Of a DNA stretch of 64,000 bases, positions 37,201-52,200 are shown in pieces. Position 1 is the first letter of the stretch. Each line of letters begins with the position of its first letter. The stretch is from the NCBI GenBank assembly GCA_964187785.1, contig OZ076409.1:94924001-94988000 (forward strand). Direction: 5' to 3'. This DNA comes from Amphiscolops sp. MND2022 (lineage: Eukaryota). The translations under genes were made by a program, and so were the position numbers. The notes beneath the pieces were generated by a model. It ran no database searches. It saw nothing but the letters and a program-made list of their open reading frames with translations, and was not told the DNA's origin.

Positions 37201-40200
37201 ATCGTTTTCTTCGCTGATAACTTTACATACTGTAGGATTCTTTGTAAACTGAGTAAAACTAATTTTCAATCTGAAACACTTTTAAGGACAATAAATCGAG
37301 ATATCTACTCGAAGACCCAGAAATACTGACACCCATCACACTTCTTTGCGAAAAAACTTCGAGTGGTGTGAGTTCAAACTTAAAGCTGAGACAGGACGTT
37401 TTTGAGAACATTGAAGATGGTACCAACTTCTTGATAAGTTTGATGGCCCGGAATGCCTCGTCCATATTTGCGTATGCCACGTGGAAGCTGAAGTCGATCA
37501 TGGCCCGCTTGGTGCTGTTGTCGCAATTGCTGAATCCCGTGAAATCTCTCATTGGCACTCTCACCACGATTGAGGAGCCAGCGCCCGGCATCGACTGAAA
37601 CAACCAACAATCACATTTGAACATTATCATTTTCCGCCCACATAAATGGGGAGGAAAATCATGATCTGTGATGCGTTTTGTTTTACAAATTCTGCCAAAA
37701 CTCTACTTTATCTCCACTCCATGGAGTGATTTACTAGCGATAGTTACAACTGAGTTACTTCAATTGTGAAGGCTCAGTCAGGTTGTAGGCTCTGGGTTCG
37801 AACCCGGGCTGGTGCTTGAATTTTTTTTGTTTCCTAGACAGTAGGTCGTGGGTTCGAACCTCTCCTTCGCCATACTTTTTTTGCAAAAAGCGTGTCGCGG
37901 AAAATATCCCGGTGCTAAGCGGGCGTCTTGTAATATAAACAGTCTGGACAACAACCAAAGACCACCGGCTTGGGTCTGCACCACTGATGACAGTCAAAAC
38001 GAAGCCTGCTAAGCACTGGGATTCTTCCGCCCTGATCACTTTGGTAAAATGCATTCAAAAAGCATTTGAATACTTTTATTCGAACACCATGCAACATTGG
38101 TCCCGCATTCGATTTTGAAACGTTGACAATTGAAAGTTAGTCAGGCTCTTCTCTGAACAACCCCCTCCACTCCACCCGCCAATGTTTTTTGGAAAATTGA
38201 AAAAAATATATAACGAAAATACTTGAATACGAACCAGAAACCTTCAATTTTAAATTTAAATCCAAGGTGACAGTTTAGAATTGAGATACAAACTTTTTTC
38301 ACTAATTGTGTCTATAAAGTCACGCACTCTTGATGAAGAAATCATCAGCTTTCTGTTTTGAGTAACAAAAAGACAGTTAATTCGAAGATAATCACACTCG
38401 AAGTAAGTGAAAATTGTTTTGTTAGACAAAAAACTATTCCAATAGACGTTGAATTTTCCTGTCATGGAAGAAGGTTTCACTTCTAATTAGCCTAGTCTGA
38501 AAGTTTTAAGGAAATTTACTTCAAAAAGTAGGGGGTATACAGAAAAGAGCCGTTAGTCACCTACCTTGGAAATGCAATAGAAGAAAGGCACGTCGAATCC
38601 GACCAGTTTGGAGCAGTTGTTGGGCATAGGCAGCGTCTCTTTCAGCATGAGCAGAGGAGCCGTGGGAATGTCTACAAAGAACACTGCGATTGAGAGAGGG
38701 TTGCTATTGGCTCCTGCCGCTGCACCGGAGGCGGCACCATTCTGGCTGCTGTCAAGGGTCGCTTTTAGACCCAATTTGGAGGTCTGCAATCATAGTGAAA
38801 GAAGATCAATTTCATCTAATACTACGAATCTATCTAACTTCTTACTTTTTTCTTCATATTCTTTTGAGAGCTAACAACAGTGAGTACGTAGTAAAGCTGA
38901 GAATCCGAAATTTGGATGCGTTTAAACAAATTTACTTTTTTTGGCAAAATTCAAACATTTAAAATGTTCTATTTCAGAAATCTGTGTTATAAACAGTGGT
39001 TTTACAAACTAAAGCTAGAAAGTTTTATAAATTTATCTAGAAAAACTCATTTGGAAAAAATAGATGAACGTTTTGAAATATTTGCATTAATTTGCATTTG
39101 CAGAAATGTAAGTGAGTCTCGAAGCAGCCGATTTCGGTAAATTTTTATGAGCAGTTTTGCGTTTTTGTACATCAAAAGGCGGCTCGCTGGAATTTTTCAA
39201 TTCTATTCAAAACATCTATTCAAAGATGTTATTCAAAAAAAGAGCTATTCAAAACATCTAGGTGCGTTGCTTGCTGAAAATGCATCGGCTTTTGCCCTGT
39301 TACAAGAAACTTGTGCAAAACCAAAACTTTTTTGCCTCAACCAGTGAATTAGTATTCATCAAAAAATCATCAAAAAATCAGTTTATCGCGTGTTCCGCTT
39401 ATGACTGGCCCGCTAACACTCAAGTGGCACTTTTTGATAGAAAACTTTACGGCTCAGTGAATTTAAGTTTTCAAAAGCTGTAATTTTTAGTCGGCGCTTT
39501 TATTAATAAAAGAGCCCGACTATTACAGTCACTCGTTTTTTTATTTAAGACAGACTCGAAACGACGAACGTTAAAATTAACGTTCAACTACTAATTACAG
39601 TACTACTAAAAGACTGGCAGCGCATTTAAGATACTGCAAAGGGTCCCCCTTTCAGTTAGTCCATTTTAATCGTAACCTAAAAAACCGGCCGAGACTAAAG
39701 GGTCCCCCATTTGATTTTTTTCGGCACTGTGCGACTTTTTTTCGAACATTTTGTAATGTCCCAAAGGGTCCCCCCTTTTGAGTTTTTTTGTTATTTTGCA
39801 ACAGAATGTATGTTAATAAATCCAGAAGGGTCCCCCTTTTACATTTTTCGGCACTATGCGACTTTTTTTTGAAAGAAAAAAAAATCAATTTTTTCCAAAA
39901 AAAAATGTTTTGCGCTTTTTGAGCCTTAGATATAGCGCCGACTTTAGACGTTCTCGTCTTGCTTACATTACGGATTAACGGAATTCTCGATTGGTCACTC
40001 CCTTTTCTCAAACAAAGTACCTCTACAAATCTTTCAAGTGTATTGATGTCTGGTGAAACGTTCAGTACAAAAAACTTGCAACTGTAGGATTTGGGCACTA
40101 TTTGTTGCCAAAATAGCTAAAACTTCCGAATAACCAGTTAGGCGGAAATTTCAGTCGTCGCTTCCGCTTTCTGCACTTTTTGCGATATTACGTCTCTTTC

Positions 40201-43200
40201 GCTTCTTTCGCGCTTTCAATCACAAGTGACCTAATTCACTGCTCGGGACACAAGCTAATCGAAATGTCTCACCGTAGTTTTTGTCTGAACTCTTCTCACT
40301 TCACAAGTCAGGATTCTTGGGTCGTCGGAACTCCAGTAATGCGCGAGAGGCACCTTTTGCACTGAATTGTCTTTGGCCTCTTTTTTAATGTCATGGTTGG
40401 ATGCTAGAAGCGCATCATTCGAATCCTGAAAAAAAACATGATGCATGTGAATCACTTCAAACATGCTGTACAATGAACTATCATTCACAACAACTGAAAA
40501 CTATTCTGTATCTTATCGGCATTCCATTTGGTCAGGCCTTACTCGACAAAGACATTCAGCAACGATAGTACAGCTGTATAATTAAATCTGTAGGTTTTTG
40601 CCCATCCCCCCGACGACTGAATTTTGTTTTGGAAAATTGGTGAAAATAATAAAACTACAACTAAAAATCAACCCAGAAGTTTTAATTTAAAAAAATCCAA
40701 TTTTGGAACCGGATACAAACCTTTTGAGGGAGTGAAAAATGTTTTGTTTTAATCAAACAAAAAACTAATCCAATAGAAGTTAACTTCCAGTATTGGAAAA
40801 GAATTTACTTCTAGATAAGCCAGTTTGAAAAACTTCTCTAAGTCTCATTTCAAAAATTTTAATGGTGGGGGGCACATAAAAGAGTCAATCTGTAATCGAA
40901 ACATTTTGCACACACTTCGTTCACACGCTGTGACTTTGTTCGAATTAACTGTTTTTTCTGAGACTCAGAACAGGAAGTTGTTGATTTCTTTATCAAGAAT
41001 GCGTGACTTCGTAGACAAAAATAGTGTGAACAAAGTTTGAATCTCAATTCTAAACTGTCACCCCTGAAATAAATTTAAAATTGCACGTTTCTGCTTTGTA
41101 TTCAAGTCTTTTTGTTATAAGATTTTCACTAATTTTTCAAAAAAGTGAGTTAGTGGTGTGTGTGTGTGTGGGGGGGGGGATGTCGTGTTCACAGAGAAGA
41201 GCCGTTGATTCTAATGGACTCAAACCTGCGAAGCTCCGTCGTCATCGTCAACTGCAACTACTGTGGAAGTGTTGATATTTGCAACGTCAGTGGCGCCAAT
41301 GGAGCCCAATCTGAACATGCGTCTAGAGGCAGAAGAGCCTCTCTCGTTGGAGAAGTCGTGAAATACCACTGTGTCGCTCTCCGCATCCCACACGTACAAG
41401 CAGCTGCTGATGGTAACACTGGGATCCACAGTCTCCTGCAAACACCCACCCAAGAGGACATACATTTGTAAGATGAGATCTCTAAATTAGGATAGGATGC
41501 CGAACAAATTAAAACCAGAGCCGGATGTGCGGCAAAAGAGTCGAAAACGGATTGAAACATTGAAAAACAAATTACGTACTTTGTCATTTTTGTGCTAATT
41601 CTGGCTATATTTCTCAAATACCAGTCATACTATTTTGATGCCATTGCGCACGCAGGAGCACCTTTGGGTGCAGAATGAGTGCTAAATTTGATAAAAATCG
41701 TATGGAGTTTGAGAAATTTGAAATTTTCATTGAAAGGTTGGGAGAAAAAAAACGTCACTCCTAAACATTAGCCAAAGACTTGGACTGGTCAAAAATTGGC
41801 TAACAAAGGGGTCAAAATTAAAAAACTAATTACATTGTCATTTGGTAATTTATGGACTAATTTTGACAATCGTTCTCAGATCACAGTCATACGATTTTGA
41901 TGTCATTGCGCACGTACGAGCACCTTTGGGTGTAGAACAACTGCGCTAAAACTCATAAAAATCGTGTGGACATTTTTTGAGAAATTTGGATTTTTCATTG
42001 AAATGTCGGGAGGAAAAAGTACGAGTGCATAATAAGTATTCGAAAATTTTTCCCCAACTCCTAAAATTTCAAAAGTTGGATATTTCAAAACCTTGAAACA
42101 ATGTAATTACGCGCGCGATTCTACACGTGACTTGACGACCAAACCTAATTCTTTCGATCATCTGCGAGAATATTGTGTGCAGCGAATGCTGTAAGAGTCT
42201 TACATTATCTTGGATGATCATGGACACGAGACGTCCATTGGAGTTGACCTTGCATGAGCGGATGGACAGCAGTTTGGGGACGAGCTCCTTCATGTTGCGG
42301 GCGGGTCTGTCCACCTTGGCCTCCCTCTTTGACAGGTTGAAGAGCAGCACGTGACCGTTGGTGGTGGCCAGCACCAGACTACTCCCGTTCACGTTCATGC
42401 AACACACAGAGGCGATCTTGTCCGAACTGGGCAGACTCATCATCTGCTTCACCACTCCCTGCAAACCGAAAAGGGTTTTGACAAACGACAGTAAAAAAGG
42501 GAAACCTTTTGTTGAAGTAATTACTCCTAAGAAGTATAAGCGGTTCCATACTTAGGAAGGTATAAACGGCCTCCGTGTACAAACCACAAACCTTGTCTTT
42601 TTTCTGTCAAATATATCAAACTTTCCCGGTAAAAGCCGCGTTCTCAGTAAGACTTGAAATGCATAAGACAGGGCTTATACATGATGATGGTTAATGTAAG
42701 GTAGTATGTGTATACATCAGAGTTTTCACATCGCTGAACCGCTTATCTCAAATTCGCTATTTCGGCGAAAAAGGTTTTCTTCAAACTATTAAATGTTTGA
42801 CTTCAAGCATATTTTAAAACTATTTCATTTTGAAACCCCGTGTATACTTTAGGAAAATTGATTTTGGACATTCTATTAGTTGCCGCAATTTTGAATCGCT
42901 AATGAAATCGCTAAAAAGTTCATGTGCGACCGCTAATTTGTGTTTCAAAACTCTGAAACCGAAACAAGTTTTTTGATTGCTGTACAAAAAGAGTTCTGAC
43001 ATCGCTAATATTGTATTTCTCCGAACAGAAGTCGCCCCGAATATAGGGCACCCCGGTTAGAAGCTGCATTAAGACTGAAAATTTTATACTAAAAGCCATA
43101 GCTTACCGTATTTCTCCAAAAGTAGGCCCCTAAAATAATACGGAAAAAACGCCCTGTATTCAAAAAGATACGATAAGCGATTCAGCGGCAACGCAGAATT

Positions 43201-46200
43201 TTTTCGGCGATTTTACCAGCGAATCGGATTGGCGGCAACTGATGAAATGTACCAATTCAAAATTTCATCGGAAAATACACGGGGTTTCGAAAAATTTTTC
43301 GTTGTAAAACTCGCACAGTATGAGAAATTCCAGACTTTTTTATTGCGAAAACTGAATTGTCATCATTGGATTTTGAACCATACTTGAATTCAAACATTAA
43401 ATAGTTGGAAGAAAACGTTTTTCAGCGAAATAGCGATTTTGAAATTAGCGGTTAGCGAAAAAAAATGAGCGATGTCAAATTCTGGAAAAATAAGCAGCTC
43501 GGATTGTCTTCTATCTTTATGCGATGATCATTTATGCTATTTCCTTCTGGTGCGCAATCACTTTGGAATCGAACGTTCAATACTTCTACGTTAATGCAAA
43601 TCGATATAAGTTAGAACAGCTGATAAATTGTATGTCTTCCAAAAAATTGGTATATTTAGCGAAGTTTTGCAGAAAAATTATAGAGACTTCCCGCATTACT
43701 TTGATAGAATAATGTATCAAGTTTTTGTTCATTCTTTTTCGTTACAGTTTATATGCCTTGCTCACAAGACAAAACTCATAATTAAACTTTTTCTTATGCC
43801 AACAGTTACGGTAGTTTAGCTGAACAGAATATAATTTTCAAACTATCGCACCTACATTTTTGCCGCCAAACCACATGAGTTGCATTACTACAGAGAAACC
43901 TCATTTACAGCTGTACAAAGTTGAAACTCGGTTTTAACCAATTGAGGTTTTTAACGTTTCAGCAAAATTGATTTTCAACATTATATTTGTTGCCGCAATT
44001 TTGAATCGCTAATGAACTGGCAAAAAAGTTCATGTGCGACCGCTAATTCGCTAATTAGTGTTTCAAAACTCTGAAACCGAAATAAGTTCTTTTGATTGCT
44101 GCACAAAAACAGAGTTATGACATTGCTAATACTGTATTTCTACGAATAGAAGTCACCTCCAATATGTTAAAGTTCGGCATAGCGATATTATTGAGAATTT
44201 CATCTCGAATTATCCCTGATTTATGATTTGAAAAACAGCTCTTTTGAGCCCCAAGTGGGCGCCGACTTATGCCGTTCCGGGCTTGTTTCTTTTCAAGAAA
44301 TACGAGTGTATCGAAAGCGAATAAATAACGACCGCTCGTACTACTTTTGATGTAAACTATTTGCAACTTACAGAACCCTTCTTGTGCTTGGATCTTTTCG
44401 ACCTAGCAAGAATATCTTCAATTCCCTTTGAATATTTTGACAACTTGTCATCATATGAAAGCAGAGCCACCAAAAAAGTCAACAGGGTCCATTTTGAATC
44501 AGCGCTTTTCTTAAGAAAAGAGTCGACTATAGTCATGGCTTTTCGTCTGTTTTTTTTTCGATACACCTGAAGTGACCAAAAAAGTTCTACCAAAAGTTCT
44601 ACAAAATTTTATATTGTTCCTGTTGGCCCAGGGAACTGAACCAAAAGTTTTTCCTTTTTTTCCGCGTAACATGCAATACCGGGCGAGACTAAAGGGTCTT
44701 TAGTTTTTACGGCAGTGTGCAATTTTTCCCGGAAAAAATGTTTTCCCCAAAAGGTCCCCCTTCAAATTCTGGAGTTTTGCGACAGAATGGATGTTGAAAA
44801 ATCTCAAAGGGTCCCACCTTTCAGTTTTTTCGGCATTGTGAGACTTTTTTCAGTTTTTCATAAAAGGGTCCTCAACTCTTCAATACTTTGAAGTCCTTTT
44901 GCTATTTTTGAGCCTTGGATATAGCATATAGCGGCGACTTGGGCCGGTTTCGGCTTGTTGAGCCTTAGATATGGCGCCAACTTCCCGGCTTGTTATTGCA
45001 GTTATTTTCGACTTCTAGTTCTTCTTGCATTCTGTTTTTGTTCAGTGTTGAACCACTTGAAAGGTGATGAGTATATAGATTGGTGTAACAAACACTCACC
45101 TGTAGATTCCTCACTTGCAGTTTGGTCGGCTCTAGGGTGTATATGGACTGTTCGTACAGCGACATAAAGGGCGAGGTGCAGGGGAACTCCGAGTTCTTGG
45201 CCACTTCGCTCGTCTCGCTGTTGACGTCATACACACACGCGTTCTCCCCATCCCACACTATCAGCGATTGCTGAAACAGTAAAACAGTAGGATCCGTTTA
45301 AAAAATCGGGTATAAAAAATAGGCCCCTCCGGGGAACACTATTATTTCTGCTTTAATCTTTCATTAATAATCGAATAATATCTGAAATATCAATGCACTC
45401 CTGTTTAATCATTATTTAGCGCACAATTAATCACTCTACCAGTTTACACCACCTTTTATTCTTCTCGGACTAAAGCAAATATAACTACAAAGCGTAGACG
45501 AAGTTTCGCAATCGCATTTGAATGCAGGCGAAGCTCTAGGCGAACGAATAATTAACACCCATTCGCTTCATCTCAATAAATCGGCGTACGGAAGCATAAT
45601 TACGAACATTCGCTCGCTTCATCTCAATGATGTCAGCGTACGAATGCATAATTACGAATGCTCGTTCCATCGCACGAAGAACGAATTGTTGTCGGCAGCT
45701 CGAGAAATTTAATTCTCACGCTTATAAGTCACTGCCGAACAAAATATCTGAATTTTTCAGTATCGCGACAAGAATTTTACTGAAAAAAGTTGACATCTTG
45801 AGGTTTCAATATTATTCCTGCTATCGCAGAAATAAGAAAAGAGGATTTTTTTGAAAGAATGATTCAAATCAGATTTCTAAAACTTTACCCGGATTTGAAT
45901 GATTACTTTGATTTTTTTAAAATCGATTTCGAAGAATCGTACGGCTTTTGAATGTCAAATCAAATTACTGGTTCAGCACGCGGAAACAAAACAAACGTTT
46001 TCCCCATTTGTTAATTCTCTGATTGTTTTCTTTGCTTTTTAACCCTAATGAACCCAGTGGTACTTTAACGCAACCTACCTATTTTTCACTTTCGGATTCC
46101 TTCCGCCAGTAGCCCATATTCTCTAGCAGTTTTTTTTCAACAATTCATTGGTACCTAGGTTGATTTGAAAGGCCCAAGCATTAGAAAAGTGAAAATGTCT

Positions 46201-49200
46201 CCAAAGCTGAGAAAAATGTGTTTTTTTCCACAAAAAAAAGGCTATAAGTTTCAAAAATTCAGGTTTTGGCGAAATCAAATTTTCTCAAATCTTTGATCAA
46301 TAGAAAAACCAACCGCATACCCTTCCACAACAAACCCCAATAATATCCTGTGGTTACTACAACCCCTTTCAAACGCGCTATAGTCCGTTTCTTTGGTACG
46401 CGTAGTTGTGGAGACATTGATGATTTAAAATTTATGTTCAGATTTTTTGAAAATTTGCGAAAACGCCCAGGTCAATTAGAGTTAAGTGGCGTCCTACTGC
46501 AAACTTCCAGTCTTTACACCGTGTGTTGTTGTCCAACAAATTGTTATGAACAAACAAATAAATTTTGAACGACATACTGGTGAACGGTGTTGCTCTAGTA
46601 ACATAAGAATGTTGAACCACACATTATAATTGAACCAAGTAAGCTTTTTACTTCGGGAAAAATATCCATCGATCTTTTCGAATTTTATTTTAATTTGAAT
46701 CCGATTTGTATCAAAGCTAATTTAAATCAGCCAACGCTGGGCTTAATGACAATATTAGTCAAGATATCTGAATAATGCATACCCAGTCCACAGTTAACGT
46801 AGTATTTCAGGCTTGATGAATAAAAGATGAAAGGTTTCTGAAAAAACGGCCCATGGGCTAATTACAAAATTTTTTCATTTTTACAATTTTTGCATATATG
46901 GTTTCTTTCTACAAATTTCATTTGTCCTTAGATAAAGTAAACTGTCCAGGGAGAATCCATACACCGTATTTGGAACTTCACAAGAAAGCATGCAAAAAAA
47001 ATCACAACTTTTGAGCTCGTATATGAACTTTTCAGACATTTCGAAACCTCTTTAAACAATGCCGAGCTTCGTAAATCAGTCTTCAATGAACTAATTTTTA
47101 TTCGAGCAATCCCATTCGAGTTATTTATTAAATATATCCAGTACTTCCAGGTATTCGAAGAATAATTAGCATCGAAGAAAGAATTCACTCAGATTAGATT
47201 AGCAGGCTTTTGAAAAAATATAGACACTATATTTAGTCATTAGTTAGTTAGTTCATAACCCAATTAGTGTTTCAGCATGGCTTGAATACATTTGAGAACT
47301 CTAACCGACTCATACTCAGAATTCGTAATGGGCTAAAAGAGCACATGTATGACAATTCATTCCATAAAACGTTTCAAATCGGATATGAACTGCTTTGAAA
47401 CTATGTTTGCCACCATAAAAAACAAAAAATCTTGAGTACCGAGTTTCCTTTTGAAAAACCTTTTTTTTCACAACCAATTTTATTGTTTTCACGGTGCATT
47501 TGCGGCAAGTTAAAATAAAACGGGAGCGTCCAAAGCCGGCGCCCGCTCAAGACTCAATAAGCTCAGGGGTCGCGCAGAATTTTTTCAGCGATTCTATTAG
47601 CGGCAATTAAAATTTGTCCAAATTCAAAATTTCCGCGGAGTTTATATTTAAAACATTCTTGGAGTCGAATACAGAACTGTGATTAAGAAAACGTCCCCCG
47701 GGCGATTTCAGGCTTGATTTTCTCGAAATCGGTTGAGAATTTTGAAAAACATCAGAGATAAAAGTTCTTAGAATTTAATCTAGTTTATATTAGTGTTTTT
47801 ATTTAAATTTTTCTGTCACAAAAATTGAGAAAGTTACAGATGGCTGATTTTGAGCAAATTTGGTACTTTTTTCCGTTTTTATAATTTTTGACCGTCTTAT
47901 CAACAGTTTTTTCGGCAAGTTTTATGCTCAAATAACTCCCTCGAATCTACTGAATATATTGATGTATTTTGATTTCAAAATAGATCAACCGTTTCCGAAT
48001 TATCAAGCTCAAAAGATAAAATTTCCTAAATTTACGTGAATTTCACTTGATGCGCCAATCAGAATTGAAAGTGAGACCAAATAAACAATTTTGATTGGGT
48101 GAGAACGTCATAGGGGGACGATTTCTTAATCACAGTACTGTATTTGATAGTTTGAAGAAAGTTTTTCAACGAAACAGCGATTTTGAAATTAGCCGTTCAG
48201 CGAAAAAAATTAGATGTCAAAACTCTAATTTGAAGTAAGGACCAAGCGGTTTGGTGATGCTTGTTACAATTGTAAAAAGGATATTGTTGTCATTTGGTTC
48301 TGGAAAAGACCCTACTGTTTTTAATTAGGTTTACCTGGGAAACAGTGACTCCTCGGATTTGAAGAGCGGAGGCGACTTTAGCAGAGAAGCCGTGTCTGAA
48401 AGATTGCACAGAAAGATCGTTGGCCGTGAGTTGCACACATGTCAGCTGAAACCACACAAGAATTAACGCCAACATCAATCAGTTTTACCGAAATCGGTCC
48501 CTTCGGAGCTCAATAGTAAGTCTGCAACTACAAAAAGTTGCCAAAAGCGAAAAATAATTTATGTTATACCATTTTTTGAGATGCAATGTCATTTATGTTT
48601 ATAGGATTTGCAGGCCTAATTCGTTTGATTCAAGGAAGATTTCTCAAAATATTTATAACTTATAAATTTTGCAAAAATGAAAACGAATTGATTTTCACTG
48701 GAAATATCCAAATGTGAGACTATAAGTTATGTTACTCGAATCAAGGACAATATTCCTGTAATCTTGAACAAAAAATGATGCTTCGAGAAAGGTTAATGGC
48801 ATTTTCCAAAAACTTCTTCAAAAGCTCTGCGAAAATTAGAAAAAATGTCGGAACAGATTAAATTAGCCGTAAATAATTTCAAAAAATCACAGTTTGCACA
48901 GTGAAAACGTTTCTTACATCCAAATGTTTCTTTTATAATGTGTTAGACTTTAATTAAAGTATGCACCTGCAGTGTATTCGATAAAAACAAGTTTATTCAA
49001 TTGTGTTGTCCAAGTTGAACGTTGTAACCATCGCAACGTTGTATGACTTGTTAAAATTGAACCTAGTTTGGCTGAATCAGTTTGCACTGAATCGATCGAT
49101 TTGTGGTCGGAGTCATAATTTAATAAACCAGAATGACTGTAATAAAGATAGTGTAACCTCGCTGTGGTAAGCGGAAGCGGTCTGGGTCTGCTCGTAGATG

Positions 49201-52200
49201 GTGACGCCACAGCTGGACTGGGTGGCCAGAAACACGTGCTGTTCACACCAGCTGACCCTCTTCACGTTGGTCCTACTGACACCACCTGGAACGCAATGCC
49301 ACAACATCATGAGTGAAATGTTGTGTCACCCTGGACACTGCCAAAATGGGGCTTTTTCCAACAATTGGCGAAAAAATTCCAAATATCCATGTTTTCCCAA
49401 ATTTAATGAATAGTAGCCTGGCTGGCAAATTAAGTAGACCTGCCAATTTCTGCGAATACATTACAAGTATTTTAGAATAGGAGTGTAACCTCCCCTAAAT
49501 GACATGAATGCAGTCCGCGGGAATTTCAATTTAAGTCTTCTTCCACCGGTTACCAGAAAGCGCCCCAATCATGGGATATGAGTTTTTAGTCGGCGCATTT
49601 TAGTAGAAAATGTACCCGACTCTTATAGTGGGTAGTTTTTTAGACGCGTAAGGTCCACTTTTTTGTTCATTTGTTCAACAACTTGAACTATGGAGGTTCA
49701 AAACACTCGAACCTCAGAAGCGCGTCCAAACCGAAAAGAAAAACAAAACACGTCCAGAACCTCGAAAACACACTAAGGATCCCACCTTAGCCCCACTTTT
49801 TTTCGGCACTATGCGACTTTTTTGAAATTTTTTGGATTGCACCAAAGGGTCCCCCTTTCATTTCTTTCGATATTTTGCAACACAATGGATGTCAAAAAAT
49901 CCCAAAGAGTCCCCCCTTTTACATTTTTCGGCACTGTGACACTGTTCAAAAATCACTTTTTTCAAAAAATTTTTTGCGAAAATTTTTAAAGTCACCAAAG
50001 GGTCCCTTCAATTTTTTTCATATTTTGCAACCAGCTGGAGTTTCACAAAGCCCGAAGGGTCCCCCCTTTCACAATTTTGAGCCTTAGATATAGCGCCGAC
50101 TTTGGCTGTTCTCGGATTATTAGTTCTAACAGTGTATTGACTAATTAACTGCTTCTTTAAAAATTCATATTTTGTTGACAGAAATGCTAAAATGAACGAT
50201 TTAAGTCAATTTCGATCAGTACACGGCACAACCATCTTGAGGGCCAAAAGCTCTAGGACATCACCCTAGTACCAATAATTTTTTTGCATGACTCATCCTT
50301 CCTCCTTCCGGGGCGTTTTGCGCCCCTCCAAGTCGGCCTTTGTTAAAACCAGCAACTAGGGCGGCAACTGCACGTCGCTCCGCTTCTGCGTGTAGGGCAC
50401 TAGAGATATATGGCCATGGCAGATCACGATTGCCTTCTTTGACAAAGAGTTTACTATTTACCTTCACAACTTTTGGACACAATTTACCATCCCCATAATC
50501 ATTGAGTGTAATTTCTGTCAAGAGTTAGGGTAATATTGACAAGAGTGTCCAACCAAAATTTGGAACTCTCAAGGACTTGTTAAATTTTAATCCGAAATTT
50601 ATTTTCCTTGCCAATTTGTAGTTGGCGCATTTCAAGGAGTCTACATCTATGCTCCCCGTGGGCATTGAAGACTCCTGGGCCAGTAAAGTCTGGCATCAGG
50701 TGTGCAGAAGCGCTGAATAAAAACATCAACAAGGGTGTGAGATACGAGTTTTCAGTCAAAAATCGCAATATTTTATGCTTTCTTTCAGCTCCCTAAACCT
50801 GTGGCTAATCGTTGATAACTACAACTAGGGGAACTAGTATTTGGAAAGCTATCAAGCCTACTGTGATTTGATTTTTGATTGCGAGAATGATGAGCTAGCA
50901 ACCTGCTCTAAGGAAGGCTTCCTTCAAGCAGGCATTGGCCCTTGGTCTTATTTGGTCAAAAATTTCTGTTTGTATACTATTTGTATTTGTAATATATATG
51001 TATGACCAAATGAATTAAATTATCATTATATTATTATATTTCATTCTTTTTCACATCTATATCTTTCTCACCCAAAAGGTACCGAGCGAATGGCAACAAG
51101 AAAAACCGAAAGTGTTTGAAAGTCGCTGCCAAATGAAAAACTTCAGGCTTCGTTACTTACATTTCTCACCATCAATGGTGATTCACATTACCAAGACTTC
51201 ATGGCACATTTTATACAACCAAGTTCAAAACTGTACAAAAGGCTGACAAAGACAGCCTAAACAATGCGGAACTTGGCATATGGCGACGCTTCGGAATTCT
51301 ATTACCTTTACTCTTCGAGTTTATTTGTGAATCATTCTTGTATTATTCAGGCCTGAATTATTCCCCTTAACAACCTTGATAAATATTGATGTTGTAAGTG
51401 CCTGGAATAGATAGACGATACCTGCAGTGTTGGAAGTGTCGACTGGATCCAATGTTTTATCCAACACCCACTCTGTGTCAAGGTCCACGTCCGATGACGC
51501 ACTGCTGTTGGGTTGGTAGCGCCAGAAGTGCAACCGGCCACTCTTGCAGCCAGCCACTAGCAGATCTATAGCAAACCAAGAGTTACAATAAAACCCATTC
51601 CTGCCAAAAACACCAGCTTTGAGCGTTTAAGCTAGAGGTATCCGGCCGGACTTTTGACGAAATCCAACCGAACATCTAAGCAAATGATCGCGAATCTCAG
51701 ATTAAAACCTCGAATTCGACACAAATGCATTTATTGCCACTTTTGAACATTCATTACTCGACAAAAGTCAAAAGTTTCTGGTATTTTCATGTTGAAAAAT
51801 AGTTGAAAAATAGAATAAAATTATCACTTTTTTGGATCAAACGTTTACTTTGTTTTTCGTGATACTCATTGACCAAATCTGGAAAGTCTTCCATTGCTTA
51901 CAGTTGAGGACAATGTCCGGTGCGGACGGTATCCGGCAAAATTTTGTCCTGTCCGGTTGTCCGGAAACTTTTCTGTCCGGTACATCTGTAGTTTAAGCAA
52001 TGGAATGATCTATTTTGAATTATCAACTGTAAACCTCGGCTCTGAGATGAATTGCCAATTACCATTTTTACAGAAAAAAAAACTACTGCAAAACGCAATG
52101 ATAACCTGAATGCCATAGCAAACATTGGTTGATAAAGTTGTTTCAACTAGTCTCAAATCACGCTAAACTTCAAATATCTGGCTAACTAACTTACTAGTAT

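Noticed and set aside
46700..47420. Possible LINE RT remnant
   Set aside because: Too degenerate; no convincing motif.
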